Source of the DNA: a virus | Taxonomy: Duplodnaviria > Caudoviricetes | Virus record (IMG/VR): IMGVR_UViG_3300027911_000003 | Location: 1 to 60,286 of that record | DNA length: 60,286 bases | Strand: one strand, 5' to 3' | Part shown: positions 1-9,052 of the stretch, one piece after another | Numbering within the stretch: the stretch's first letter is position 1 | Layout of the letters: every line of letters starts with the position of its first letter | Notes under the pieces: generated by a model | Databases searched by the model: none | What the model was told of the DNA's origin: nothing | What the model saw: the letters and a program-made list of their open reading frames with translations, nothing else | Translations under genes and position numbers: made by a program

Positions 1-99
1 GATGCGAGTTTCGCCTTTTGCTCTTGCGGGGTCATCAGGTCGAATTTAAAGGCATCCGGATCCATACCGGCGTAATAGCCGGTTTTGAACTTTTGATAG
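1..99. repeat. Terminal direct repeat, copy 1 (circular assembly overlap)
   Basis: 1-99 is identical to 60188-60286; an ORF reads in frame across the join. Confidence 0.97.
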
Positions 100-1145
100 C
101 CTTGGAACCCCGGCGCCGCCATCGGCAAAGCCGCGTCCATGCGATCGCGCGCGACTTGATTCGTCAGCGTCGCGATAACGGCGGGCTTCGTCATTGTGTC
201 CGCGCTCGGGTTTGATCCTACCGCCGCCGCGAGGCCTTCATCGGAACGCCCTGCAGCCTTCACATTGGCGGAATATTGCAACAGATATTTGCCGAGTTCC
301 TGCCTCACTGCCGTATCGCTCGTATTAGGATCGATGATGCCGAGTTGCGATAAGGCGGCCTTGGCTTCTGTCCATCCTTTCGATAGCGGCCCGAAATTCG
401 GATCGTTGAGTTGTCGGACCAGCGGGAGGGCCTGTTGCAGCGGTCGAATGCCGGCCATGATCGCCGGGCTTTTGCTCTGATCGGCGATGTATTCCGCCTG
501 ATCGGCGGCCGCCTGCGGCGGCGGCTGCGTCGTGAGATTTTGGCCCGGTGCGGCGCCGCCCGGCCCGGTGAATGCCGCTTTGCCCGCCGTCGTGACCGTC
601 GGCTGATTGTTCGCTCCGACTTGACCCGGCTGTTGCCCCGCAGCAGCCGCTGGCCCCATGCCATAAGTCGTCAATTGAGCAATCTTGTCTTTCACATTGC
701 CGGCGTTTACGCCTGCAAGCCAGCCGTTGATGACCGATGCGTTAGCTCCGGGAAGCCTTGAAAGAAACCCAGCTAGATTATAGGCGTCTTCCATAGTTAG
801 GTTGGGTTTTTGATTAAGTGCCGCCATCGGAGCGGCGAGCGCACCGTAACTCTTGACGCCATATTCCAGCGCTGCGGTCGAGTTTTGAATATTCTGCTGC
901 CGCGCCTGAAGCGCCGTCGTGATGCCTTCCGGGGCCGCAAGCGCCGCGCTGGGGTCGGCGCCGATCGCGTTGAGGGTGACGCTAGGATCATAGGTTCCAT
1001 CAGGGCGCACACCCTGCTGAAACGCATTGCCGACCGCCCGCCGGGCCTGAAACTGTTGCATGCTTTGCAGCGCGGGAATGATCTGCCACGGGCTTGGCTG
1101 TTGCGGCGGCGGGTTCGCGTGCGGGTAAAGTGCGGCAACGCCCAT
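1..1145 (-). CDS. Internal virion/ejection protein (P22 gp20-like position), 5' part; 410 aa across the join
   Basis: Manual translation: ATG at 1145 (MGVAALYPHANPPPQQPSPWQ...) is open to base 1 and continues 60187->60100; A/Q/G-rich, no Cys; lies between ejection genes; absent from the ORF track. Confidence 0.8.
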   Translation of the reverse strand, partial: MGVAALYPHANPPPQQPSPWQIIPALQSMQQFQARRAVGNAFQQGVRPDGTYDPSVTLNAIGADPSAALAAPEGITTALQARQQNIQNSTAALEYGVKSYGALAAPMAALNQKPNLTMEDAYNLAGFLSRLPGANASVINGWLAGVNAGNVKDKIAQLTTYGMGPAAAAGQQPGQVGANNQPTVTTAGKAAFTGPGGAAPGQNLTTQPPPQAAADQAEYIADQSKSPAIMAGIRPLQQALPLVRQLNDPNFGPLSKGWTEAKAALSQLGIIDPNTSDTAVRQELGKYLLQYSANVKAAGRSDEGLAAAVGSNPSADTMTKPAVIATLTNQVARDRMDAALPMAAPGFQGYQKFKTGYYAGMDPDAFKFDLMTPQEQKAKLA

Positions 1146-1148
1146 TAT

Positions 1149-1358
1149 TTATATCTCCCGATTATCGTCCCAAAACTTACCCGCAATACCAATTAAACCC
1201 GCAGACAGTCCCAAGAGTGCGCGCCGAAGCGGGACGCGCAGTGGTGAGGCTCGAATTAATCTCACTAACAGACCATAGTGACCGGCCCGATATTGAGTTG
1301 GTTCTCGAAGCCGATATTGCTTCAACTGGCCAGCGTGGTATCTGCCGAACGGGACCAT
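1149..1358 (-). CDS. Small hypothetical protein
   Basis: 69 aa, TAATG-coupled to the upstream gene, fills the gap. Confidence 0.4.
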   Translation of the reverse strand: MVPFGRYHAGQLKQYRLREPTQYRAGHYGLLVRLIRASPLRVPLRRALLGLSAGLIGIAGKFWDDNREI

Positions 1359-1888
1359 TACTGCGCTCCTTGATAATGCTGCGTGAGCGCTCCGACCATC
1401 GCCTGATGCTGGTCAGGGTTAGGCGGCGTCGCGTCGGGCTGCTGATCGACAAAGCCCTGCTGATGGTGCGCGAGAAGCGCGGTCTGGGCCTGCACCGTCT
1501 GCATAAAGTGCTGCTCAAGCCATTGCCTCTGATCGAACGGGCGATCGGGGACTTGGCCGAGCTGCGTCACCGCCTGCGCCGCAGTCAAGATGCCCTTCGC
1601 CACAAGTCCCGTTGCGCCATCGATGATTTTCGATCGAATATCCGTCTTGCCGCAATCCGGGTCGCTGAGAAGCCCGGTCAATTCCACCTCGATCGCGTGC
1701 ATATGCCGCAATCCCACGACGACCTGCTGATGCGACGGCGGTGGCGGACCCTGCTGCCCTTGCATGGCGTTGGGCGCGCTAGGGCCGGGCGCTGACGCCA
1801 GCCCGTTGCCTTGAGGCTGTACCGCTCCCGCTGGCCCCGCATCTGGTGCTGGCGGTCCTCCTAGAGGCTCTGCGAAGGCGTTAGGCAT
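1358..1888 (-). CDS. Pro/Gln-rich virion-associated hypothetical protein
   Basis: 176 aa ORF within the ejection gene block. Confidence 0.7.
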   Translation of the reverse strand: MPNAFAEPLGGPPAPDAGPAGAVQPQGNGLASAPGPSAPNAMQGQQGPPPPSHQQVVVGLRHMHAIEVELTGLLSDPDCGKTDIRSKIIDGATGLVAKGILTAAQAVTQLGQVPDRPFDQRQWLEQHFMQTVQAQTALLAHHQQGFVDQQPDATPPNPDQHQAMVGALTQHYQGAQ

Positions 1889-1893
1889 CAGGG

Positions 1894-2241
1894 TTACGAC
1901 ACTGTTTCGACTGGCACGACGTAAAATCGCCGACGCGCCGCATCTAATTCCTCGGCCAAAGTGACTGAGTCTACTTTGTGGCCCAGAAACTCTCCCATAA
2001 GATCGGCTAACCGAACGCGAAATTCCTCACGTCCTAGCCCCATATCTTTTGGAAGCGGGTTCATTGCCAAGGCATCGCTCACTTTTTTCCTCTTTCGCGC
2101 CAAATCGGTTTTCGCAATTACATCGTCTATCTTTTTGAGAAGATATCCCGCAATTTCAGTTTGTGGCAAAAATTCTCGCGCAGTTTTGAGCGATCTGAAA
2201 AGATCGGCAATTAAAACCTCGTCTTCTATCGCGTTCGGCAT
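1894..2241 (-). CDS. Hypothetical protein, moron-like insert
   Basis: ATG 2241 overlaps the upstream TGA; AT-richer than neighbours; flanked by 14/15-nt direct repeats. Confidence 0.65.
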   Translation of the reverse strand: MPNAIEDEVLIADLFRSLKTAREFLPQTEIAGYLLKKIDDVIAKTDLARKRKKVSDALAMNPLPKDMGLGREEFRVRLADLMGEFLGHKVDSVTLAEELDAARRRFYVVPVETVS

Positions 2242-2960
2242 CAGGACGACCCCGTGAACCATGCGGGGTTTTGACCATAGGGCGCCGCGCCGCTGCCGTA
2301 AACCGAAGTTCCCGTGGAACCGCCCCCTCCGCCCAAAAGGGAACTTAGCAATAGCGAATTGCCGATGCCCCCCGCCGCGCTATTGAGACCGTTCGAAATC
2401 GCGCTCGCGCTCCCCAGCGTTCCCGCCGCCTGCGCGTTGCCAAGGTTTTGCAACGTACCGCCCTGAATTGCGCCCGCCTGATTTGCTCCGGACAAAAGCG
2501 AGGACGCGGACGCCGATCCGAGCCCCGCAGTGGTTTGCAACTGGTTGATGTATTGCGCATAATTCTGGCTCGCGAGCCCGTTATTGAACTGCGAAATGCC
2601 CGAGGCGAGGGGCCCTGTAGAACCCCCGAGCCCCTGCGCCGCGAGCGCGTTTTGCGTCGCTTTCGTTCCCCATTGCGAGGCGAACTGAAATCCAGGAAGG
2701 TTTTGCAGCGTCGACGCCGCTGTCCCGGGGTTTTGCAGGCTCGTCAGGGTCGGGAGCACGCTCGACCCCGCCGTAATGAACGGCTGCACCGCGGCTTGTC
2801 CTGTCGCGAATTGCTGCTGCTGAATGCCGAGCGCCTTGTTCGCAGTGGCCGCTTGCTGGCTTGAGGCTTTCTGTGCGGCGTTGGATTGGATCATGGACCC
2901 CCCGAGCGCCGCGACGCCCGTTAGAGCGGCTCCTCCGATGATTGCCGCTGCGATCCCCAT
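2241..2960 (-). CDS. DNA pilot/ejection protein (P22 gp7-like)
   Basis: Hydrophobic G/A-rich N-terminus, QQAATANKALGIQQQQF and LQNLPGFQF motifs; syntenic after gp14-like gene. Confidence 0.75.
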   Translation of the reverse strand: MGIAAAIIGGAALTGVAALGGSMIQSNAAQKASSQQAATANKALGIQQQQFATGQAAVQPFITAGSSVLPTLTSLQNPGTAASTLQNLPGFQFASQWGTKATQNALAAQGLGGSTGPLASGISQFNNGLASQNYAQYINQLQTTAGLGSASASSLLSGANQAGAIQGGTLQNLGNAQAAGTLGSASAISNGLNSAAGGIGNSLLLSSLLGGGGGSTGTSVYGSGAAPYGQNPAWFTGSS

Positions 2961-4021
2961 CAGTGCGCCCTCAAATTCAGCCGGAATAGTTCGCCGTCAG
3001 GAACCGCGCCAAGGCGCTTGTAGACGCTCGCCATGCGTGGGCCATCCCCACGGGGTCCCGCGCGAAAGAAAACCTCGTCTCGCCCTTCGGCCTTAAGATG
3101 CGAAACCGCCATGCGCTGCATTGTCATCCCAAGCCCCGGCGCATCCGGCGAAGCGAAGTGCGTAAGCTGGATCGCGCTGCGCAAATCTGGGCTTTCGAAG
3201 CTGGGCGCCAGGATCGTCATGAGATAACCGAACATGCGCCCGTTCGACCGAGCGGTAAGCATGACCATCCGGCCTTCATAGTCCACTTGGCGCATGAGCG
3301 CGATGTTTTTCAGAAGATGGCTATCGGGGGCCTCGCCTATCGCGACGACGTGCGCTTCCATGAGCGCCTTGCCATCGCGATAAAAGCTGTCGAAACTTTC
3401 CGCCTGGATCGTAAAGCCGTCCGGCGTTTTGACTGATTTGCGCGCGAGTTGCGCTCTGCTCGCGTGCGCCGCCAGTTTCGCCAGTTTCTCGATCTGCGGG
3501 CGATGCGCGTTCACGTAGCGGATTTGCTGCGACATCGGCACTTGCAGGTTGCATTCCTGCATTAGCGAATGCCAACTCGGATCGAAGCGACAGGGCAAGC
3601 AATGCTCGAAAATCACGCGCGCAACGCTCGGATCGTTCAAACTATCGTAGCGAACCGTTAAGCAATTGTTCGCGCGGACTTCGATCTGATCTAGCTTGTG
3701 GTCAAGCCGTTTCATTTCATCGCGAACACGAGGATGCTCAAGGCCGCATACCGCGAGACTTTTCAGGACCTCGCGAACCGGGCGCCGCACGACGAGAATG
3801 CGCGCATCCGGCGCATAGTCTTGAAGTAATCTCCAAAAAGGCGCGGCGGTTGTTTCCGCAGTTCCCGTGTTCGGTTGCGAAAGCCACGACTTCACATCGT
3901 CAAGCGAGCGCATGCGGCGGATTTCTTCGTGACCGCAATGCCAGCCGTTGTAGGATAGGAATTGTGATAGCCAAAATGTTCGCGAGCGAGGCAATGCAAA
4001 AATGACGAAGGGCGCGCTCAT
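2960..4021 (-). CDS. Sulfotransferase-like P-loop domain fused to a GNAT-like domain
   Basis: N-terminal FALPRSRTFWLS..HE resembles the PAPS-binding PRSGT loop; C-terminal ARSNGRMFGY...GLGMTM...YKRLG is GNAT-like. Confidence 0.6.
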   Translation of the reverse strand: MSAPFVIFALPRSRTFWLSQFLSYNGWHCGHEEIRRMRSLDDVKSWLSQPNTGTAETTAAPFWRLLQDYAPDARILVVRRPVREVLKSLAVCGLEHPRVRDEMKRLDHKLDQIEVRANNCLTVRYDSLNDPSVARVIFEHCLPCRFDPSWHSLMQECNLQVPMSQQIRYVNAHRPQIEKLAKLAAHASRAQLARKSVKTPDGFTIQAESFDSFYRDGKALMEAHVVAIGEAPDSHLLKNIALMRQVDYEGRMVMLTARSNGRMFGYLMTILAPSFESPDLRSAIQLTHFASPDAPGLGMTMQRMAVSHLKAEGRDEVFFRAGPRGDGPRMASVYKRLGAVPDGELFRLNLRAH

Positions 4022-4782
4022 GACGCCTTGATCGCCTTGAAGCTATCGCCCGTGATCTGCAACAGCACCCCAAACGCGACGATCATCGCGGGCTCGCGCG
4101 CAATCAAGCCCATCGGCGGCCAAAGCGCCATCTTCGCGTAATGGTTAAACCAAAGCACTCCCTTGTCGAACTGGCCCGCGAAAATCATCTCGAACGCAAA
4201 CCCGACATGCCGCGCGAGAGAAGGCGTCGCCATGCCGTTGATCAAATCGTCCGCTTCCCCGAGCATCGATTTTCGCGCGCTTTCTAAATCCGCCATCACA
4301 GTCAGTCCTAGAACCGACGAACGCCCCGCCTTGAACCATTCATCCAGCGTCAACTGATAAATGCTCGCGCCGTAGACCTCTCCGTCCTTCGGCCATGCGC
4401 CGGGGCGGTTCGCGATGTTCCGACCTCCGACCAGCTTCACCGCGATAAGCGCCGCCGCATTGCAAAGCGGAATGCGACAAAACAGCGTCACCGCATCCGA
4501 GTGCGTGAACATCCATGCAATCGCCTGCTTGATCGCGCTCTTGGCGTAGGCCCCGCGATATTCCGTCAGAAAGCTGCAATTCGTCTCGTAAATCCCCGGC
4601 TCGATTTGCGTGAACATGAAGGCCCCGCCCTCGATAATCATCCCGACGTTGCGAGGATCGGAAAGCAGGTTCGCGGTCGAAATCCGCTCGATCCCCGTTG
4701 TCGTGATCGCGGGGAACACATCAGGTGCATTGAAAATTACATCGAGTTCAAAGGCGTCGAACGTCCGCGCTAGTGCGTGCGT
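4018..4782 (-). CDS. GNAT-like virion assembly protein (P22 gp14-like position); start uncertain
   Basis: RTFDA...PGIYETNCSFLTEYRG...WMFTHSDA motifs; no ATG/GTG/TTG at the expected start, ACG at 4782 follows AGGGG. Confidence 0.6.
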   Translation of the reverse strand, partial: THALARTFDAFELDVIFNAPDVFPAITTTGIERISTANLLSDPRNVGMIIEGGAFMFTQIEPGIYETNCSFLTEYRGAYAKSAIKQAIAWMFTHSDAVTLFCRIPLCNAAALIAVKLVGGRNIANRPGAWPKDGEVYGASIYQLTLDEWFKAGRSSVLGLTVMADLESARKSMLGEADDLINGMATPSLARHVGFAFEMIFAGQFDKGVLWFNHYAKMALWPPMGLIAREPAMIVAFGVLLQITGDSFKAIKAS

Positions 4783-5561
4783 CGCGCCCCTAGGAACCCG
4801 AAGGCGCTTAACCCCCCGGCGAACGTCGCGTTGATCGAGAGGTAAACGGTCGTCGGGGCTGACAATAGCAAGCGGATCGTTCCGATTGGCCCCGCCAGCG
4901 GGAAGCTCGCCCCGCTCAGATATGCTCCCGAGTTCGGCGATCCTGGGTCCGTCGCCGACAAGGTGCTGATCCATGCTTTTGCCGAGGTCGGGGCGACGCT
5001 GACGCCTATGTTTGCCCATACGTCCCAATCTCCGGGGTTCAGCGTGATCGAGGTCACATTCGCGATGACCGTTGTCGTTAGCGCGACCGGCGCTCCGCTC
5101 GTGACCGTTGCACTTATATACTCGCCAATGTTGCCCGCAAGTGCATTGGTGTTTATCGTGACGCCGGGATATTGGCCCGCGAGACTAGTGAGGTCCGCGG
5201 GAACCAGCGTGCGAAAGGCGGGGACGACCGACCCGCCGGAAGTCGGCCCCGCGAAGATATTGTTTGCCGCCTGAACTGGGAAATTCGCACCGCTAAGAAA
5301 GCCCCATGCGGGAAATCCGCCCGAGACCTGCAAAACGGATGATGTCGCGCCGATGCCCAACGCCGTCCATGCTGACGACCCGCGGAATAGCGTCGAACCG
5401 GGAACCGTCGTGATACCGTCCAACTGCCCGGAAATGCCGCCCGATGAGCCGCCCGAGCGCGCGAATAGGCTTTGAAAGAATTGCAGCCAAGGCTGTGACG
5501 TGTTGCCCTGCTGATCTACCAGTGGGATCGCAAATGGGGGGCTGGTCTGCTGCGTCGCCAC
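4770..5561 (-). CDS. Tail needle/short fibre-like protein (cytoplasmic, no signal peptide)
   Basis: PLVDQQG...PWLQFF N-terminus and GNIGEYIS...ITLNPGDWDVW...GARR C-terminal domain; follows gp10-like gene. Confidence 0.65.
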   Translation of the reverse strand: MATQQTSPPFAIPLVDQQGNTSQPWLQFFQSLFARSGGSSGGISGQLDGITTVPGSTLFRGSSAWTALGIGATSSVLQVSGGFPAWGFLSGANFPVQAANNIFAGPTSGGSVVPAFRTLVPADLTSLAGQYPGVTINTNALAGNIGEYISATVTSGAPVALTTTVIANVTSITLNPGDWDVWANIGVSVAPTSAKAWISTLSATDPGSPNSGAYLSGASFPLAGPIGTIRLLLSAPTTVYLSINATFAGGLSAFGFLGARRTH

Positions 5562-7052
5562 TTAGGCGCCATGCTTGATCGGATCGACGTAGGCGCCCTG
5601 TAACGCGCTCTTGCCGGGATAGGACCAGAGTAGCTCGTAAACCCGGTCGCGCGCCATGCCAAGCCCTCGCCAGCGCATCAACCGACGATAGTTGCCGCTC
5701 GTCACGAGCCCCTTCTGCCGGTAAGGGCTCCACGTATTGCCCCCATCGTTCGAATAGCGCATTTGCAGCTTATACTGCGAGCCCTTGACTTCCGCGACTC
5801 CCGGCATTTCGCCCGCCTCAAAATCCGCCACGAAAGAAACGTGCGTGATCTCCTTCATGTCGCTAATTAAATGCGGAAACGTGCGCCGGCAAATAATCGG
5901 GGTCGCGACGCCGTCGAAAAAATAGGTCGGATCGAGCGAATAAATCTGTCCCGTCTGCCAGTCTTGGCCCAAAACCATCTTCGCATAACCCGCGAAGTTG
6001 CCGACCGGTCCGCCCACCGAGGCATAAAACGTCGCATTCTCCCGCTGCTGCTGCCCGAGCGCGTTGAGGGAAATCCGCCGGTGCCACTGCTTCGTCTGAA
6101 TATCATATCCCCAGCTTTTATTCGCGGTCGGGAAATGAAAGACGATGAAGGTATGCCCCGCCTGCTGAAACGAACTCGCGATGCAGTCGGAAACGATCGG
6201 ATAATTCGACCATTCGTATTCGAGAGCCGATGTCGTGATCCGCTCGATGTTCAGCCCATGCGTCTTGACTGCGATCACTTGGCCCTGGAAATTGCGCGAA
6301 AGCCAGAATAGATCAACGTCCGCTTGCGTGAGGCTGTAGTTCGCCGCGCATCCATAGGGAATGAAAATATTCGGCCATTCCTGATAAGGGAACGGCGTCG
6401 AGCCCGCGAGAAACCAGACCTCAGATGAGGTTGACCCGATCAACCAAGCCTGTCGAACGTTGAACGCGAGCGTTTCGATCGGATCGGGATTTGTCGCCTT
6501 CGCCGCGACTTGCAGAATATTGAAAGTCGCTTGCAGAGGGTTCGAGACGTACCATTGATTTGTGCCGGGAGCATTGAGCGCAAAGTATGTATCGCTATAT
6601 GCTATCCGCGTTGCGCCGACGAAAGTGCCCGTTCCATCAACCAAGGGCGCAAAGGCGTTGTTGCTCAGTGCTATCGTATAACCGTTTGGCGTGTTATCCA
6701 CAAGAATTGCGGTATTGCCATTGTCTTTGATCGAGACGGGCGTCGGCAAGTTCGCGATCTGGCCGAGCAGCGTCCAGACGCCCGCGGGATTGACGTAATA
6801 GACACTTGGGCCGACGACCGCGATTAGGTTGCCATTGGATAGCGCGAACAGGCCGCGGCCGGGAGCAGCGTTCGGAGGGGCGCTCCAGGGGCGCTCGCCC
6901 TCGCGGGGATAATGCGTGACCGCGACGGGCGGATTTGTGTCTTGCGGATTGGCTTCCGGGAAGAGATTTTCGCAAATCAGCGCATCCGCGACATATCCGC
7001 GCGCTTGATAGGCGCCCGAGGTCAGCGGAATTAGGGTTTCGCTTTGAAACAT
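5562..7052 (-). CDS. Tail hub / packaged-DNA stabilization protein (P22 gp10-like)
   Basis: 496 aa, beta-propeller-like; YSNDGGNTWS...WRGLGMARDRVYEL C-terminal motif. Confidence 0.88.
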   Translation of the reverse strand: MFQSETLIPLTSGAYQARGYVADALICENLFPEANPQDTNPPVAVTHYPREGERPWSAPPNAAPGRGLFALSNGNLIAVVGPSVYYVNPAGVWTLLGQIANLPTPVSIKDNGNTAILVDNTPNGYTIALSNNAFAPLVDGTGTFVGATRIAYSDTYFALNAPGTNQWYVSNPLQATFNILQVAAKATNPDPIETLAFNVRQAWLIGSTSSEVWFLAGSTPFPYQEWPNIFIPYGCAANYSLTQADVDLFWLSRNFQGQVIAVKTHGLNIERITTSALEYEWSNYPIVSDCIASSFQQAGHTFIVFHFPTANKSWGYDIQTKQWHRRISLNALGQQQRENATFYASVGGPVGNFAGYAKMVLGQDWQTGQIYSLDPTYFFDGVATPIICRRTFPHLISDMKEITHVSFVADFEAGEMPGVAEVKGSQYKLQMRYSNDGGNTWSPYRQKGLVTSGNYRRLMRWRGLGMARDRVYELLWSYPGKSALQGAYVDPIKHGA

Positions 7053-7136
7053 TTTGTGCTAAATCCCGTTTGGCCGGGACGCGGCAAGGATATGCGCGTT
7101 GAAATATTGAGGGTTGGATTCCCTCCCCGGCGACAA

Positions 7137-7540
7137 CTAAACCCCCATCGGCAACGGCGGCCACCAATAGACCTGCGCGCGCTTCTTTTCCGCCATTTGC
7201 AGGACCGTTTTCTTATCCGCGACCGCGACCGAAGGGCGAACCGGAGCATCGGCGGGAAACAGGCTCACGCGAAAGCGCTCCGAGGCAACCGCTTTCGCGT
7301 CATACCAAGCAAACAGCGTGCGCTTAATCTTCACATCATTGCCCAATACGCGCGAGAGTGAGCCGTCAATGTTCGCCAATGCGGCGACCATACGAAACGC
7401 TCACGCCCTTCGCTGGCCGCATCGATCAGATTTTCTTCATGCTCCGTGAATTCGATGCCATATTCACGGGGGCGAAGCGGACGCCATGGTTCGATTTCAA
7501 ACTCGTCCGTTCCTATAAGATATCTACCGAGCCAACGCAT
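7137..7540 (-). CDS. Hypothetical protein in two overlapping frames (7331-7540 and 7137-7391); possibly one frameshifted gene
   Basis: The frames join into one ORF by a -1 shift at CGT TTC GTA / TTT CGT ATG near 7395. Confidence 0.45.
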
Positions 7541-8028
7541 TACTTGCTAAACCAAATGCCCGTCTTGGCCGAAGAAAACGCCTGCGAATTGTGGCTCGTG
7601 ATCGTAACCGAGGTCGTATTGTTGATCGTGTCCTGCGCGCCCGTCGCGGGATTGTTAGCGACCGCTGGATAAATCGTCACCGTCTGCGCGCCGTTGTTGT
7701 AAACCAGCATATCCGTCCCCGCGACGGAGGTCGGAAGACACATGCCCGAGGATGCGGCCGCGGTATCGATCTCGACAAGATAGTCACCGCTCGGAATTTG
7801 GGAACATGTCGCTTGCGTCGTGCCCGCGGCGGTGAGACCATACACGTAAATATTGTTCAATCCCCCCGCCAAGCCTAGCAGCCATTGGCTATCCGTGAGG
7901 TTGAACCCCATCGCGGGGGGCTGCGTGCCAACTAACGCGCGAGCCTGATGCAACAGTATGTTGCCCCCAGCCCAGATCGAGACCGCCATGAGGCCCCCGA
8001 GCGCGATGTTTGCGAATTTCTTGAACAT
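7540..8028 (-). CDS. Signal-peptide-bearing virion decoration-like protein
   Basis: AGGAG RBS; MFKKFANIALGGLMAVSIWAGG...ARA; GLTAAGTTQAT...VYNNGAQTVTIYP; 2 Cys. Confidence 0.75.
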   Translation of the reverse strand: MFKKFANIALGGLMAVSIWAGGNILLHQARALVGTQPPAMGFNLTDSQWLLGLAGGLNNIYVYGLTAAGTTQATCSQIPSGDYLVEIDTAAASSGMCLPTSVAGTDMLVYNNGAQTVTIYPAVANNPATGAQDTINNTTSVTITSHNSQAFSSAKTGIWFSK

Positions 8029-8041
8029 TTTCGTTCTCCTG

Positions 8042-8803
8042 TTAGGTGTCCGAACTACCGTGATAGTCATACGCGCGACTTCCGCGTCCCCTTACAACGT
8101 CGGGCATTTGCAGCGTCGACATTGCCGAGTTTGCGCTGCGCAATGTGCCGAGCGCTCCCCGCGCGAGCGCGTTGATCTCCGGGTCGGGCGGCATTTGATA
8201 ACTCACCCGCAACCTCCTGGCTCCGCACCAATTCAGCGCGGCCTCGTATTCGGGAGGGAAGTTGATGAGTTGCGTCAGCGATACGAACCGCGGCAAAACT
8301 ACCTTAAAGCCAAAGTGCATTTCGTAAAGGCTCGCCTGCGGAATTGGCCACGGCTTCATAATCCCCACAGGCCATGACGGATCGTAAAACACTTTCCAAG
8401 GCAGCGTCCCGATCGTCTTGACCGCAATGCGCGAATAGTTCTCTGCGGACGGAATTATGTCCATCGGAATATCGACGGGAACCGAGGCGGTCGGGTTCAA
8501 CCGCAGATACGCATATTCAAGCCGATCGGGTCGCGGGCTGATGTTGATCGTTTGATTGAGGCCGACCGTATAGTTCAACGCCCCCGTCGAAGTCACCGCA
8601 TAGTCCTGAATGCGATAGACCAGCCAGCGTTTGCGCGCCCATTGGGCGATTAGCCAATTGATCTGACGAAAAGCCCGATTGATGATCGGTTGCTCGATTT
8701 CCTCATCGATGCCGACGATCCCCGCGTCGACGACCATATTCGTCAGCAAATCTTGAACGCTGTCGATCTTGATCGCTGGTTCGGCGGGAATGGGGAGCGT
8801 CAT
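8042..8803 (-). CDS. Head-to-tail adaptor (P22 gp4-like)
   Basis: DAGIVGIDE...QINWLIAQW...FPPEYEAALNW motifs; position upstream of gp10-like gene. Confidence 0.75.
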   Translation of the reverse strand: MTLPIPAEPAIKIDSVQDLLTNMVVDAGIVGIDEEIEQPIINRAFRQINWLIAQWARKRWLVYRIQDYAVTSTGALNYTVGLNQTINISPRPDRLEYAYLRLNPTASVPVDIPMDIIPSAENYSRIAVKTIGTLPWKVFYDPSWPVGIMKPWPIPQASLYEMHFGFKVVLPRFVSLTQLINFPPEYEAALNWCGARRLRVSYQMPPDPEINALARGALGTLRSANSAMSTLQMPDVVRGRGSRAYDYHGSSDT

Positions 8804-8815
8804 TCAGGCATTCCC

Positions 8816-9052
8816 CTATTCGACGCGCTTCACCATTTCGCGCAGAAAATCAAGTTGCGGTACGATGATTTCGCGTGTGAACTCGGCCTCGCTCATTTCG
8901 ACTTCTTTTCGTGTGAGCGAGACGGTCACTGAGTTGCCCGTTTGATCGTGAACCAATTCTTGGGCAACGCCCTTCAAGCGCAGCGATATTGTTCCCCCAG
9001 CGCCCCATTTTTCATTGGCGAGACGCTGGATATCGTCAAAACTGAGCATCAA
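8816..9052 (-). CDS. Hypothetical protein
   Basis: 78 aa coupled ORF. Confidence 0.55.
   Translation of the reverse strand: MMLSFDDIQRLANEKWGAGGTISLRLKGVAQELVHDQTGNSVTVSLTRKEVEMSEAEFTREIIVPQLDFLREMVKRVE

Noticed and set aside
1-99. 99-bp terminal repeat as a biological DTR or att site
   Set aside because: It is an exact overlap in the middle of a gene with a typical assembler k-mer length; it only shows circularity
4783-5028. N-terminal extensions in the ORF track (also upstream parts of 9049-9933, 41586-43727, 44853-45914, 49353-53540, 31219-31641)
   Set aside because: They overlap the upstream genes or promoters; downstream coupled or RBS-supported starts fit better and expose the signal peptides
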